A stretch of 58,932 nucleotides of DNA, from assembly GCA_046759165.1 (NCBI GenBank), contig JBHIBS010000003.1:1-58932 (forward strand), written 5' to 3'. Source of the stretch: a bacterium (lineage in GTDB: Bacteria; UBA6262; WVXT01). Of this stretch, positions 39,813 through 49,783 are shown in pieces; position 1 is the first letter of the stretch; each line of letters opens with the position of its first letter. The notes under the pieces are model-generated. The model did not search any database, was not told where the DNA came from, and saw only the letters and a list, made by a program, of their open reading frames with translations. The position numbers and the translations under genes are program-made.

Positions 39813-40955
39813 CTATTTTGTCTCCGTTAAGACTTCACAGTCTCTTTTCGTAACTAAAACCATATCTTCGATTCTCACTCCGCCAAAGCCTGGAATATAG
39901 ACTCCCGGCTCAACAGTCAAAACCATCCCGGGTCTCAAAACCTGCTTACTACTCTCTTCCACCCAAGGGAGCTCGTGGACTTCCAGCCCAATTCCATGAC
40001 CAGTCCTGTGGATAAAATAGTCACCCAGCCTGGCTCGGGAAATCACTTTCCGGGCTGCAGAATCGATACTTGAACACTTAACCCCCGGTCTTATCTTTTC
40101 TATAGCAGCTCTCTGGGCCTTCCGCACCGTCTGGTAAATCTTCTTATATTTGCCTTTGAATTGAAGGGACAATGTGGCCCGGGGATCTTCTCGATGGGTA
40201 ACTCCTATTATATCCAAGAATAGAGGTCTTGTCAAGTCGGAACAGTAACCTTTGTAGACACATCCCATATCAATAACCAGACAGTCGCCCGGCCTTATCT
40301 CTCGCTCTCCCGTCTGATAGTGTGGATAGACAGTATTTTCCCCAGAAGCGACTACAATCTCAAAGGACGGCTTCTGAGCTCCCCTCTTCTTGATAAAATA
40401 TTCAAGTTGGCAAGCGATGATTCTTTCCCTCATTCCTATTCTAATTCTCCTTTTTATGAATCGAAAAGCCGCCACACACATCTGGGCGCTCTTTCTGATA
40501 AGGCGCACCTCCTCTTCTGTTTTAACTATTCGCATCTCTTCCACCAGCCCATCTAAAGGCACCAACCTGACTCGCCTAAAGGCCCTCTCCATCTCCATAT
40601 ATCTTTTGAGTGAAACCCCTCCTGCTTCAAAACCCAGCCTCCTTATTTTCTCACAAGCCAGAAAATTCCTGACCTTCCCCAAAAGTTTATTCCTGCAGCC
40701 CGTCACTTCGAAGTTTCTCACTATCTCATTGGCTTGCGCGTATAATAACTCAGGAACAAAAATTCTTGCCTCTTTTTGAGTCACCAGACCAAAGCTCCCT
40801 TCCGCTCGAAAACCACCCAAATAGAAAAGGTTAGAAGGGCTAGTAATTAGGAATCCCCCAATTCTCTTCTCTTTAAGAATCTCTCTCAATCTTCCTAGTC
40901 TATCAACCATTTCTCTTGCACACGGTAATGGATAGCGGCGAAGCTTAAGCTTCAT
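39813..40955 (-). CDS. Xaa-Pro aminopeptidase (M24)
   Basis: DMG..Y.SDLTR, HRTGHGIGLEVHE, EPGVY, GGVRIED. Confidence 0.92.
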   Translation of the reverse strand: MKLKLRRYPLPCAREMVDRLGRLREILKEKRIGGFLITSPSNLFYLGGFRAEGSFGLVTQKEARIFVPELLYAQANEIVRNFEVTGCRNKLLGKVRNFLACEKIRRLGFEAGGVSLKRYMEMERAFRRVRLVPLDGLVEEMRIVKTEEEVRLIRKSAQMCVAAFRFIKRRIRIGMRERIIACQLEYFIKKRGAQKPSFEIVVASGENTVYPHYQTGEREIRPGDCLVIDMGCVYKGYCSDLTRPLFLDIIGVTHREDPRATLSLQFKGKYKKIYQTVRKAQRAAIEKIRPGVKCSSIDSAARKVISRARLGDYFIHRTGHGIGLEVHELPWVEESSKQVLRPGMVLTVEPGVYIPGFGGVRIEDMVLVTKRDCEVLTETK

Positions 40956-40962
40956 CTCCCTT

Positions 40963-41023
40963 TTAGTGCCGATTCATCGGCACCACTACATTCAATCACG
41001 GGTTCGATGAATCGAACCCCTAC
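40963..41023. repeat. Pair of GTAG-type REP-like palindromes
   Basis: GTGCCGAT-TC-ATCGGCAC-CACTAC and GGGTTCGAT-GA-ATCGAACCC-CTAC; degenerate copy near 46680. Confidence 0.6.
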
Positions 41024-41034
41024 ATTAGATGGAG

Positions 41035-41290
41035 AAAACTAGCCCACCTGTTAATACTCTAACGATGAAGGGATAGTTAAAGGAGCTTCAATTCCGCCAG
41101 GTTTTCCCCCAGCGCTGGCGGAATTAGAGCGAGGTTCTATCCGATGCGACTCCGAAAACTATACCACCTCTTAACATCCTGAGGATGAAAGGATAGTTAC
41201 AGGAGCTTCAATTCCGCCAGGTTTCGCCCAGCGCTGGCGGAATTAGAGCGAGGTTCTAACCGAGCGACTCCGAAAACTATCCCTTCATCC
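41035..41290. mobile_element. Tandem pair of about 120-bp MITE-like elements
   Basis: Direct repeat with period about 120; unit 2 bounded by GGATGAAAGGATAGTT / AACTATCCCTTCATCC inverted ends; internal AATTCCGCCAG...CTGGCGGAATT hairpin. Confidence 0.65.
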
Positions 41291-41744
41291 TATCTTTAAT
41301 CTTATTAACCGCGGCTGTCAATGCCAAAACATAACTATCCGGACCGAAACCGCAAATCTGGCCAACAGCAACCGGCGCAATTAAAGACTTCCGACGAAAC
41401 TCCTCCCGGGCGTAGATATTTGACAGATGAACCTCGATAGTGGGAATCCCTGTAGCTACAATAGCGTCCCTGACAGCCACACTTGTATGGGTGTAAGCAG
41501 CAGGATTAATGATTAGAAAATCGAATTTACCCTTGGCTTTTCCAATAGTTTCCACAATGTCGCCTTCATGGTTAGACTGGAAGAACTCGACTTCACATTG
41601 CAATTCTTTAGCTAATTCACCCATTTTCTCGTTAATTTCCCTTAGAGTCAGCCTGCCATATACCTCAGGTTGCCTCTTACCCAAAAGGTCAAGATTGGGA
41701 CCGTTAATCACTAAAAGCTTCATTTCCCCTCCCAATAATTGCAA
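41277..41744 (-). CDS. aroQ: Type II 3-dehydroquinate dehydratase
   Basis: [46 protein letters not shown]. Confidence 0.96.
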   Translation of the reverse strand: MQLLGGEMKLLVINGPNLDLLGKRQPEVYGRLTLREINEKMGELAKELQCEVEFFQSNHEGDIVETIGKAKGKFDFLIINPAAYTHTSVAVRDAIVATGIPTIEVHLSNIYAREEFRRKSLIAPVAVGQICGFGPDSYVLALTAAVNKIKDRMKG

Positions 41745-41748
41745 AAAA

Positions 41749-42834
41749 CTACTTTATAAGGCCTCTAATTACATCTTTCACTATGTACTCTGGGACATCA
41801 TTCCGCACTACAACCCTTCCAATCCTCTCTGGCAAAACGAACCTGACCTTCCCTGCCCGCACCTTCTTATCAAGAGAGAGGACTTGTATGATACCATCCA
41901 CACTCAACTCCACTCCAATTCTCCCCGGCAAACCAGCTTTTCCAATCAAATGCTCAATTCTATCTCTTGCCTCCTTTCTCAACATCCCCATCTCCTCGGC
42001 AATTCTACACGCACCAACCATACCGATTGCCACAGCCTCACCATGCTTGTACTTCTTATATTCAGTAAGAGCCTCGAGTGCGTGGCCCAGAGTATGACCG
42101 AAATTGAGAATAGACCTCAGTCCTATTTCTCTCTCATCCTTTTCTACAACTCTTGCCTTAAGCCTGCAACACCGAGCCACAACGGTCTCCAACACCTCCG
42201 CATCGAGTTCTCTCAACTTTCCAATCTTCTCTTCCAGATATTCAAAGAAGTTCTTATCCAGAATAACGCCATATTTAATCACCTCAGCCATCCCCGCCTC
42301 CATCTCCTCAACCGGCAGTGTTTTCAAAACAGCAAGGTCGATATAGACCAGAAGTGGCTGATAGAAAGAGCCCACCAAATTCTTACCTTCCGGAAGATTG
42401 ACCGCCACTTTGCCGCCCACAGAACTATCCACCTGGGCCAGAAAAGTAGTGGGGACCTGAACTATTGGGAGACCTCGCATAAAAGTTGCAGCCACATATC
42501 CAGCCAGATCGCCGATCACCCCACCTCCCAATCCAACAATAATAGATTCTCTCTCCAGCCTGTATTCCACGCACCTTGCATAAAGTTTACTCCCCTCAGC
42601 CAGGGACTTATGCTCCTCGCCATCGGGAACTTGAGCCACAAACACTTTAAATCCAGCCTTCTGCAAGCCCCTCTCAACCGTCTCCAAGTAGTATTCTGCA
42701 ATTGTGGGATTAGTAATAATAAGACTCTTAATCCCTTTTGTGTACTTCTTAAGCATTCTACCAATCTCATCCAAGGGGTACCCTATAAGAATATCGTAAC
42801 TCTTCTCACCAAGTCCCACTCTCACTTTCTTCAT
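41749..42834 (-). CDS. aroB: 3-dehydroquinate synthase
   Basis: [43 protein letters not shown]. Confidence 0.97.
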   Translation of the reverse strand: MKKVRVGLGEKSYDILIGYPLDEIGRMLKKYTKGIKSLIITNPTIAEYYLETVERGLQKAGFKVFVAQVPDGEEHKSLAEGSKLYARCVEYRLERESIIVGLGGGVIGDLAGYVAATFMRGLPIVQVPTTFLAQVDSSVGGKVAVNLPEGKNLVGSFYQPLLVYIDLAVLKTLPVEEMEAGMAEVIKYGVILDKNFFEYLEEKIGKLRELDAEVLETVVARCCRLKARVVEKDEREIGLRSILNFGHTLGHALEALTEYKKYKHGEAVAIGMVGACRIAEEMGMLRKEARDRIEHLIGKAGLPGRIGVELSVDGIIQVLSLDKKVRAGKVRFVLPERIGRVVVRNDVPEYIVKDVIRGLIK

Positions 42835-43343
42835 CTTCTCTTTCTCTCAGATAAGAATTTGATAATCTCATCCGCAACTTCTTCTATCCCTTTATTGGAA
42901 GTATCGATCATCCTACTACATCTCTTATAAAATCCTTCTCTCTTGTTCAAAAGCTTCTTTATCTCACTTTCTGCGTCGTCCACATTTAGTAGTGGTCGAT
43001 AATCCGTCTTACTTGTGCGCCTCAGAATCACTTCAGGTGAAGCGGTCAAACATATAATCACCCCATTTCTTTCCAGCTCTTCCATGTTCTCACTTTTCTG
43101 AACCACCCCACCGCCGGTATCTACAACAAAGTTATCCAGCATTGCCACACACTTAACAACTTTTGTTTCTGCATCCCGGAAGTACGATTCACCTCTCTTC
43201 TTGAAAATTTTATGTACATGCATGCCCACATCTTTCTCAATGACGTCATCAGTACTAATATATTTCATATTCAATCTTTGGGCTAACTTTTTCCCTACAA
43301 CCGTCTTGCCAGTGCCCATCATTCCTGTCAAAACAATGTTCAT
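42831..43343 (-). CDS. aroK: Shikimate kinase
   Basis: GMMGTGKT, GESYFRDAE, TGGG, RPLL. Confidence 0.94.
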   Translation of the reverse strand: MNIVLTGMMGTGKTVVGKKLAQRLNMKYISTDDVIEKDVGMHVHKIFKKRGESYFRDAETKVVKCVAMLDNFVVDTGGGVVQKSENMEELERNGVIICLTASPEVILRRTSKTDYRPLLNVDDAESEIKKLLNKREGFYKRCSRMIDTSNKGIEEVADEIIKFLSERKRR

Positions 43344-43763
43344 TAATTAACCTCAATATAAAGTACGAATTAAGTGTACATTTTTTTAAGTAATAAAACA
43401 AGTTTAAAAATTCCCATTATGGCTTTAAGATAATTATTTTCTGTAGCTAAAGCATTACTTTTTCGAGGAAAGTAATACTTCTGGAGTGAAAAATTCAATT
43501 AGGTAGTCAGCAACACGAGTCTTATGCGCTTGTAATTTGCGAGTGTATAGCAGTGTATCTTGAGGTTATCATTAAGGACATTGTGGATTTTTATCTTCGG
43601 GTTCTTTTTTGCTCGCCGATACAAGTAATTTCTTACCATTTTCAGCCCAAAATTCATCAAAGTTGATCATAACGGATACTCATTTCTTTCGCTAGCGCTA
43701 TTTGAAAATCGACACATTCTTCCTTACTTATCCTGACTGTCCTTAAATCATGAAAGGCCTTCT

Positions 43764-44120
43764 TCACCTATCCTTGAACCTTTCTCTTATTTTCTCTCCC
43801 AGGTCCTCTCCGCCTACAAGAACTTTTGCAACTATTCCTCCTTCCCTGTCTTTCCCAATCGGCACTATCTTTATCGGCCCTGAGTTGAGCATATCAGATA
43901 GAAATCCTTTTGCCTCCTCATATTCTGGCTCTCCCTCCTGAAGTGATTCTACTCCATAAAGCTTTACTTTTCCCCAGCGAGAAGACCAAAAAGTACTTCC
44001 ATCAATTACTAGAAAAGTCTCATTCTTTTCGTTTATTATTCTCCCCCCCAATCTGAAAGCAGGAAGGAGGAGAAAGAGGAAAATCAAAACGATTATTAAC
44101 GCAAAAAGAGGAATTTGCAT
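43764..44120 (-). CDS. Membrane-anchored protein with degenerate thermonuclease (SNase)-like domain
   Basis: N-terminal TM, VIDGSTF...VKLYGVES...EAKGFL...DREGGIVAKV pattern; catalytic residues altered. Confidence 0.55.
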   Translation of the reverse strand: MQIPLFALIIVLIFLFLLLPAFRLGGRIINEKNETFLVIDGSTFWSSRWGKVKLYGVESLQEGEPEYEEAKGFLSDMLNSGPIKIVPIGKDREGGIVAKVLVGGEDLGEKIRERFKDR

Positions 44121-44199
44121 ACAATTTCCTTTGAGAAATAAATAGGAACCCTACAGGTGGCTCCGCTCATTAATAATGAGAGTTATTCTTAATTCATTA

Positions 44200-44787
44200 T
44201 TATCTTATTTCCAGCTTTATTATATCCATTATACCTCTTCTGATCATCATCACACCAATCGATGCCAGAATCAAACTCGCCACTTTTGAAATAGCCTTAG
44301 AACCAGCCTCACCCAGAATCCTTAGTATGTGATCGGAATTAACAAAGACAAACCAGACAATCAGCATATTTAGTATAAAGGAAGTAATCGTGGGAACAAT
44401 CCCATAAATATCGATCAACATAATAATAGTGGTCAGAACCGCTGGTCCCACAATCAGCGGGGTGCCGAGTGGAACGACGCCCATAGTGGAGGTAGGCTGA
44501 CGCCTGCTCTTCTCCGGGCTCAATAGATCCATCAAGGAGAGAACCAAGAGGACAAGCCCGCCAGCAATCTTAAAATCTGCTACTAGAAGCCCGATAATAA
44601 GAAAGATAGCCTTTCCCAGGAACAGAAAGCCAAGCCCCACAGCTGAAGCTGTTACCACAGACTGAAAGATAACTCTTTTTCTCTCCGAAAATTCTAAGGA
44701 CCCTACAAGAGAAATAAAGATTGGTAGAATTCCCAAAACATCAACCGCAACGAATATAGGGATAAAGGTCAAAATATAAGCCATCAT
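44200..44787 (-). CDS. MarC family membrane protein
   Basis: FKIAGGLVL, VVPLGTPLIVGPAVLTT. Confidence 0.9.
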   Translation of the reverse strand: MMAYILTFIPIFVAVDVLGILPIFISLVGSLEFSERKRVIFQSVVTASAVGLGFLFLGKAIFLIIGLLVADFKIAGGLVLLVLSLMDLLSPEKSRRQPTSTMGVVPLGTPLIVGPAVLTTIIMLIDIYGIVPTITSFILNMLIVWFVFVNSDHILRILGEAGSKAISKVASLILASIGVMMIRRGIMDIIKLEIR

Positions 44788-44799
44788 CGATGTTCACCT

Positions 44800-45261
44800 T
44801 CACCTTCTCTCCTCGATTCTTCCTCTCATCATATCAGTTCTTTTAGTGCTCTCTATCTGACGGTTAATAAAAGCCAATATCAATAGAAATACAATTATAG
44901 TTCCCAAAAAGGAAATACCAAAGAAAAGCAGATTCAATTTCCTATGCTTCTTCTTCCTCATCTCCTGTTCGAGCCATTCCTCTTCAGTCATTACCTTCTC
45001 AGGTTTTTTCTCTTCTTCTTTAAAGTCATAATTACAGAACCGGCAGATCTTCGCTCCAGCTTTGACAAACTCTGCACACTATGGGCTCTTCTTCAACTTC
45101 TCAAAGACCCTCGACTCTGGAGAAAGCAATGCTCCGACAAAAAAGGCAATAAGAGGACTTGCAAAAAGACTCAGCAAAAAGCCGAGAACGCTATTTAGCC
45201 CCTTCTGTTTATAATAATAACCAATCAGCACTGCCAACCCAACCCAGACAACAAGCCACAC
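44800..45261 (-). pseudogene. Membrane zinc-ribbon protein gene interrupted by in-frame TAG
   Basis: ORFs 45079-45261 and 44800-44991 are in frame; read-through gives KKSP*CAEFVKAGAKICRFCNYDF. Confidence 0.65.
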
Positions 45262-45312
45262 GCTTCCCCCTGTGTCATATTTTTCCGACCAGAATTAAGA
45301 TGGTTTATCAAT

Positions 45313-45645
45313 TCACCGCTCTACTATCTTCTGTCGCAGTTTCTTTTTTTCAGACCTTAAACGCTTCTCTTTGAGGATTCGTTCCTTTGCTGAAGCTGAT
45401 ATTTTGGTAGGAATTCTTGGCTTCTTTTTCTTCTTTAGTCGCTCCAATCTCTCCCTGAGTCTTTCCAAGGCAAGCTGCCGATTTCTCGCCTGGGAACGAA
45501 ACTCAGTGGCAATCACTGTTATTCCTGTTGGAATGTGTCGGATTCGAACCGCTGTCTCCTTCTTGTTCTTCCTTTGACCGCCTGGTCCCCTGCTCTTGTA
45601 ATATTCTGTCCTGATGTCTCGAATTCTATCTTTCATAATCTTCAT
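45313..45645 (-). CDS. Peptidyl-tRNA hydrolase of the RF-1/ArfB family
   Basis: SRGPGGQ..NK.ETAVRI.H.PTG, RSQARNR, basic C-terminal tail. Confidence 0.88.
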   Translation of the reverse strand: MKIMKDRIRDIRTEYYKSRGPGGQRKNKKETAVRIRHIPTGITVIATEFRSQARNRQLALERLRERLERLKKKKKPRIPTKISASAKERILKEKRLRSEKKKLRQKIVER

Positions 45646-45761
45646 TGCCCCTCAACGGGTAGGCTGAATCCCTCGCTACAATACGGGCATTCTACATATT
45701 TCTTATTATCCGACACTAATATCTTCTCCTTGCAATTTGGACAGGTAACCTCAATTTCCAT
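45642..45761 (-). CDS. 39-aa zinc-ribbon microprotein
   Basis: MEIEVTCPNCKEKILVSDNKKYVECPYCSEGFSLPVEGQ; AAGGA RBS; ATGA overlap with the downstream gene. Confidence 0.75.
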   Translation of the reverse strand: MEIEVTCPNCKEKILVSDNKKYVECPYCSEGFSLPVEGQ

Positions 45762-45849
45762 ATGTCTTCCTTTTCCCCAAAAAGATACCGGCAATGCAAT
45801 TCTATTTACGGCACCTTAAGTCATCTGTTTACTTAAACTCTGTTCAATT

Positions 45850-46266
45850 TTACTCACCTATAACCTTGATTAGAACCCTTTTCCTTCTTCGACCATCAAA
45901 TTCACCATAAAAGATCTGTTCCCATGGTCCAAAGTCCAATTTCCCCTTAGTTATGGCGACCACTACCTCCCTGCCCATAATAGTACGTTTCAGGTGAGCA
46001 TCTGCATTATCTTCACCGGTCAAATTGTGCTTATACTTTTCTTTAGCATAAGGGGCAATTTTTTCAAGCCATCCGTTGAAATCCTCATGTAACCCGTTTT
46101 CATCATCATTAATAAATACGCTTGCCGTAATGTGCATGGCATTAACAAGGCAAAATCCCTCTTTCACACGGCTTTTTTTCACAACTTCCTCAACCTGCGG
46201 AGTTATATTTATGAACTCTCGCCTATTCCCTGTATTAAACCAAAGGTATTCCGTATAGGATTTCAT
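45850..46266 (-). CDS. YjbQ/UPF0047 family protein
   Basis: [28 protein letters not shown]. Confidence 0.92.
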   Translation of the reverse strand: MKSYTEYLWFNTGNRREFINITPQVEEVVKKSRVKEGFCLVNAMHITASVFINDDENGLHEDFNGWLEKIAPYAKEKYKHNLTGEDNADAHLKRTIMGREVVVAITKGKLDFGPWEQIFYGEFDGRRRKRVLIKVIGE

Positions 46267-46311
46267 AAGAATTATACCTCCTATTTTGCACGGTTAAAGC
46301 CGCGCCTACAG

Positions 46312-46388
46312 ATGCCATTGCGAGGGCGAAGCCCGCGGCAATCTCGTAATTCCGCGCGAGATTGCTTGACTTCGTTCGCAATGACACC
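46312..46388. repeat. Palindromic element CATTGCGA...GCAATCTCG...CGAGATTGC...TCGCAATG
   Basis: Nested inverted repeats; same family at 48695-48796. Confidence 0.65.
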
Positions 46389-46452
46389 ATAATCGTTGTA
46401 GGTAGAGATTTAATCTGTGCAAACTATGTTTGCGAAGCCTAAAACAGTCTAT

Positions 46453-46641
46453 CTATTCTTGAATAGTTATGGCATCAACAGGACAGGTTTCAGAAGCCTC
46501 TTTACAGGATTCTTTTGCTTCCCCGGGAACTTCGTTCACAATGACCCGAGCCGTATCATTATCCAGCACAAAGACTTCTGGACAAGTATCAGCACAGACT
46601 CCACAGCCAGTACACAATTCCTGATCAACAACTGCTTTCAC
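46453..46641 (-). CDS. Single-cluster ferredoxin
   Basis: CTGCGVCADTCPEVF...CPVDAI. Confidence 0.92.
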   Translation of the reverse strand: MKAVVDQELCTGCGVCADTCPEVFVLDNDTARVIVNEVPGEAKESCKEASETCPVDAITIQE

Positions 46642-46702
46642 TTTGGCCCTCCTTTCAAAAATTCATCCCTTTTTGTAAAGGGTTCATGAATCGAACCCTC
46701 AC

Positions 46703-47935
46703 CTAAAACTTATAATCTATGGAAACTCTCCCTGCGTTTTGGGTCTCATCCGACGTTACTTCATAGTCCTTCAATTTCCACTTATATTCCGTCGCCAAAG
46801 CTAACTTATGAAGGATAATCTCTTTCTCAAATTGAATACCCATAGAATAAGTCTCTTTATCTTTTTCCCTCCCAATAGTATAATCGTAAATACCTAAACC
46901 GAGTTTAAGCAAAGTCCTCCAGTTATTCTTCCAAGAGAAGTGGACTGCCATTTCCACTGAATCTTTGTCATAGCTTGAAATCTTCATTTGGGAATAGTCT
47001 GTTTCTCGATGGATGTAGCTTAAGGTAAGGGAGAACCTCTTCATATGGTTTTCCAAAAATATATACCTCCACTGATTCTCTATCTCATACCACCCGTAGT
47101 CATAATTGGCGGTTGTATAATCTTTATTATAATTGATATATTTAACACCTGTATACACTCTTTCAAAAACAGGATGCTCAGTCTTCAACCACCACCTGCG
47201 GTATCTAAAATAGTAGTCACCTTCCTGTTCTTCTTCTATATCCTCATCCGTATACTTCTTCCCCTGTTCCATCCTTCCTGCCATCTCTGAAAGGAAGCTA
47301 AATTCCGGTCTCACCTTAACTCCAAGCCTGTAGATAAATTGATTTGTATCTGGTTTGGAGTCGAAGTCTGTCTGACGGAAATTAAGAAGCGCCAGAAACT
47401 GAATTCTCTTATTGGAGAAATATCTCTTCCCCTCCACTTTTTCGGAGAACTCCCTCCTGTCCTTCCCTTCGGTCAGGAAGTAGTCATAGTCCTTATAACC
47501 CAGCTCTCCTGAGACACTCCATAATTCTCTTATCTTGTAGGTGGACTTTAGCTTTAACATCCACTGACTATTGGTATATGTGTCTTTATCTTTATATCTC
47601 TTCTCCCGCCGCCCCAAATCGACATCGAATTTTAGGCTGGAATCCTTTGTAATGAAAAGAAAGTAGTCCAGATAACTTTTAACCAATATTGTATTATTAT
47701 TTAATTCTTTTTCATCCTCATATTTTTTGCGATAGGAATTGTAGACAAGGGTCAGATTCAACCGTTTTCTGATTGGGTACTTGTATCTTAGATAATACTT
47801 AGCATAATCATAGTCTAAGGTGTTTCTTCCCTCAATTGCTTCTATCGTAGTCCTGTTTCCCGCCTCAACGAATCCCCTGAGAATAGGCTCAAAGGCGTAA
47901 CCCAAATTAGAACAGAGCATTAATGCTCCAATCAA
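46703..47935 (-). CDS. Putative outer-membrane beta-barrel protein
   Basis: Signal-peptide-like N-terminus, Tyr-rich alternating strands, terminal Phe (VSIDYKF). Confidence 0.65.
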   Translation of the reverse strand: MIGALMLCSNLGYAFEPILRGFVEAGNRTTIEAIEGRNTLDYDYAKYYLRYKYPIRKRLNLTLVYNSYRKKYEDEKELNNNTILVKSYLDYFLFITKDSSLKFDVDLGRREKRYKDKDTYTNSQWMLKLKSTYKIRELWSVSGELGYKDYDYFLTEGKDRREFSEKVEGKRYFSNKRIQFLALLNFRQTDFDSKPDTNQFIYRLGVKVRPEFSFLSEMAGRMEQGKKYTDEDIEEEQEGDYYFRYRRWWLKTEHPVFERVYTGVKYINYNKDYTTANYDYGWYEIENQWRYIFLENHMKRFSLTLSYIHRETDYSQMKISSYDKDSVEMAVHFSWKNNWRTLLKLGLGIYDYTIGREKDKETYSMGIQFEKEIILHKLALATEYKWKLKDYEVTSDETQNAGRVSIDYKF

Positions 47936-48016
47936 AGCTAATTTTGGAATGTTTGAAATTTATGCCTCCTTTTTACACCAGATTTGTCAAATTGTCCGTC
48001 TGCTCCAGGCTTTCGC

Positions 48017-48553
48017 TTAAATTATCAAAACAAGTCCAAAATAGTTCCCTCTACAGTCGGGGCTTTTGAGCACCTCTATCTCAAAACCATTCTTTCTGGC
48101 GGTTTTGAAAACATCTATCCCCGACGCTTCCATTGAAGGTCTTGCTTCATATGGCTTTTTGCAGGGTTTATTGACGTCGCATCTATTACAGAGATCGCAT
48201 GGCCCTGAACCCATGCCATAGGCTTTATAATAGCCTGAGAGAAATGCCTCTCTTTCCAGCCTGGCAACTATCCTGCTAATGTCTGTATAATCGTCTCCAT
48301 GCACTAGGACGGCTTTTCTATAGTGCTTCAACACTTCCCGGGTCTTTTCTGGCGTAGGCGAATATGGAGGGCAGGTCAAATATTCTCCATAAGCATCGCA
48401 CCCATAATGGCACTTCAACCTTACCCAGGGAGCAGTAACAACAGTATCAACGGAAATTACTTTGGCCTTAATCGCCCCCCATTTTTTGGCAAATTTACAG
48501 AAAGACTGGAAATCTCTCTCCACCCTCTCCTCCAAAACTGAATTGAGCATCAA
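48017..48553 (-). CDS. DUF2284 family metal-binding protein
   Basis: WVRLKCHYGC..YG..LTCPP, GPCDLCNRC, ARPSMEASGIDV. Confidence 0.85.
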   Translation of the reverse strand: MMLNSVLEERVERDFQSFCKFAKKWGAIKAKVISVDTVVTAPWVRLKCHYGCDAYGEYLTCPPYSPTPEKTREVLKHYRKAVLVHGDDYTDISRIVARLEREAFLSGYYKAYGMGSGPCDLCNRCDVNKPCKKPYEARPSMEASGIDVFKTARKNGFEIEVLKSPDCRGNYFGLVLII

Positions 48554-48694
48554 GCTAAGGCACTTCGGTTATTCATCGGTTCACCCATAATTGTAATTAA
48601 TATTCAGATATGTATATTAATGTTTTTTTAATTAAAAAGTCAAGAAAAATGTAGTAACTCTACTTTCTTGACGTCTCTGAAAAAGCCCCCTGAG

Positions 48695-48796
48695 TGTCTT
48701 TGCGATGAGCAAAGGGGTTGCGAGGCGAAGCCGAAGTAAACTCGGAATAGACTCCGCAATCTCGGGATTGCCACGCCCTTTGGGCTCGCAAAGACA
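48695..48796. repeat. Palindromic element (GTCTTTGCGA...TCGCAAAGAC)
   Basis: Inverted ends and internal GCAATCTCGGGATTGC; related to 46312-46388. Confidence 0.6.
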
Positions 48797-48962
48797 GACC
48801 AAAAGCAAATTCTTTTCAGACACATCTTCTATGGCATAGACGAGTTTGGCTCGGCAACTGCACACAGGAAATCATTAGATTCTAGGGGATTGTCTTTTGA
48901 AGAGTTCCGTTTTTAGTGCGGGAATTTTGGTGGGGTTAATAGAAGCGCCAAAAGATGTCGAT

Positions 48963-49769
48963 TCAGTGCTTTTCCCTTCGGGAGTATTCATCCATAATTC
49001 TTCGCTCTTCTCTCGTTAAACTATCCACACCCTGGATCAAAATTTTGTCGAGGATCTGATTAACTCTTTTTTCAATCTCATAAGATTCGGTATTGTATTT
49101 TTTCCCTCTTTTTGAATCAAATTTTGGCAACCTTAAGAATGCAAATACTCTTGTTGGATGGAGATAATATTTCCAAACGGGGAACTTCAAATACACATAA
49201 CCTACCAATAAACCTCCGAGATGGCCAAAATGGGCAATGTTAGACCTTCCACCCGAAATCCCACTCAAGAAGGCAATAGCTCCAATCAGAATAGCAAAAT
49301 GTTTCGCCTTGATGGGAAAAAGGAAGTATAGATAGATTATGGAATCAGGATATACCATTGCAAATGCGACCAGAATTCCGTAAATTGCCCCTGAGGCTCC
49401 TATAACAGGTATTCTCGAATTTATAGAAGTGATGAGGATAAAAATACCAGCTCCTAAACCGCAGGTAAAATAGTACTTAAGGAAGGAACTGGTTCCCCAT
49501 GCTCTCTCTATCGGTTTTCCAAACATCCAGAGCACAAATAGATTTATTAAGAGGTGGAATAGTCCCCCATGAAGAAACATGTGGGTGAATATTTGCCAGA
49601 GCCATAAATTCCCTATCACCTGGTGAGGAACCAAACCAAAAGTGTACAGGAAATTTCTCCCTGCAAACATCTTAACTAGATATACAGAAACATTGGCAAT
49701 TATTAGCCATTTTATTGCCTTGCCCCACTGATGGGAGAACAAAGGTTGATGATAATATTTATGAGCCAT
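48963..49769 (-). CDS. Rhomboid family intramembrane serine protease
   Basis: MFLHGG..HLLIN, GASGAIYG, AHFGHLGG; C-terminal ILDKI..GVDSLT..ER. Confidence 0.93.
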   Translation of the reverse strand: MAHKYYHQPLFSHQWGKAIKWLIIANVSVYLVKMFAGRNFLYTFGLVPHQVIGNLWLWQIFTHMFLHGGLFHLLINLFVLWMFGKPIERAWGTSSFLKYYFTCGLGAGIFILITSINSRIPVIGASGAIYGILVAFAMVYPDSIIYLYFLFPIKAKHFAILIGAIAFLSGISGGRSNIAHFGHLGGLLVGYVYLKFPVWKYYLHPTRVFAFLRLPKFDSKRGKKYNTESYEIEKRVNQILDKILIQGVDSLTREERRIMDEYSRREKH

Positions 49770-49783
49770 TTTAGTTTAAAAGA

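Noticed and set aside
41035-41290. Possible CRISPR array
   Set aside because: Only two units of about 120 bp, no unique spacers, no cas genes
41509-42930. 473-aa plus-strand ORF
   Set aside because: Antisense shadow of aroQ-aroB-aroK with no domain motifs
43350-43750. Short reading-frame fragments upstream of aroK
   Set aside because: About 30-aa pieces with no recognisable family; possibly a decayed gene but unsupported
48632-48865. Two short minus-strand ORFs
   Set aside because: Derived from a palindromic repeat element
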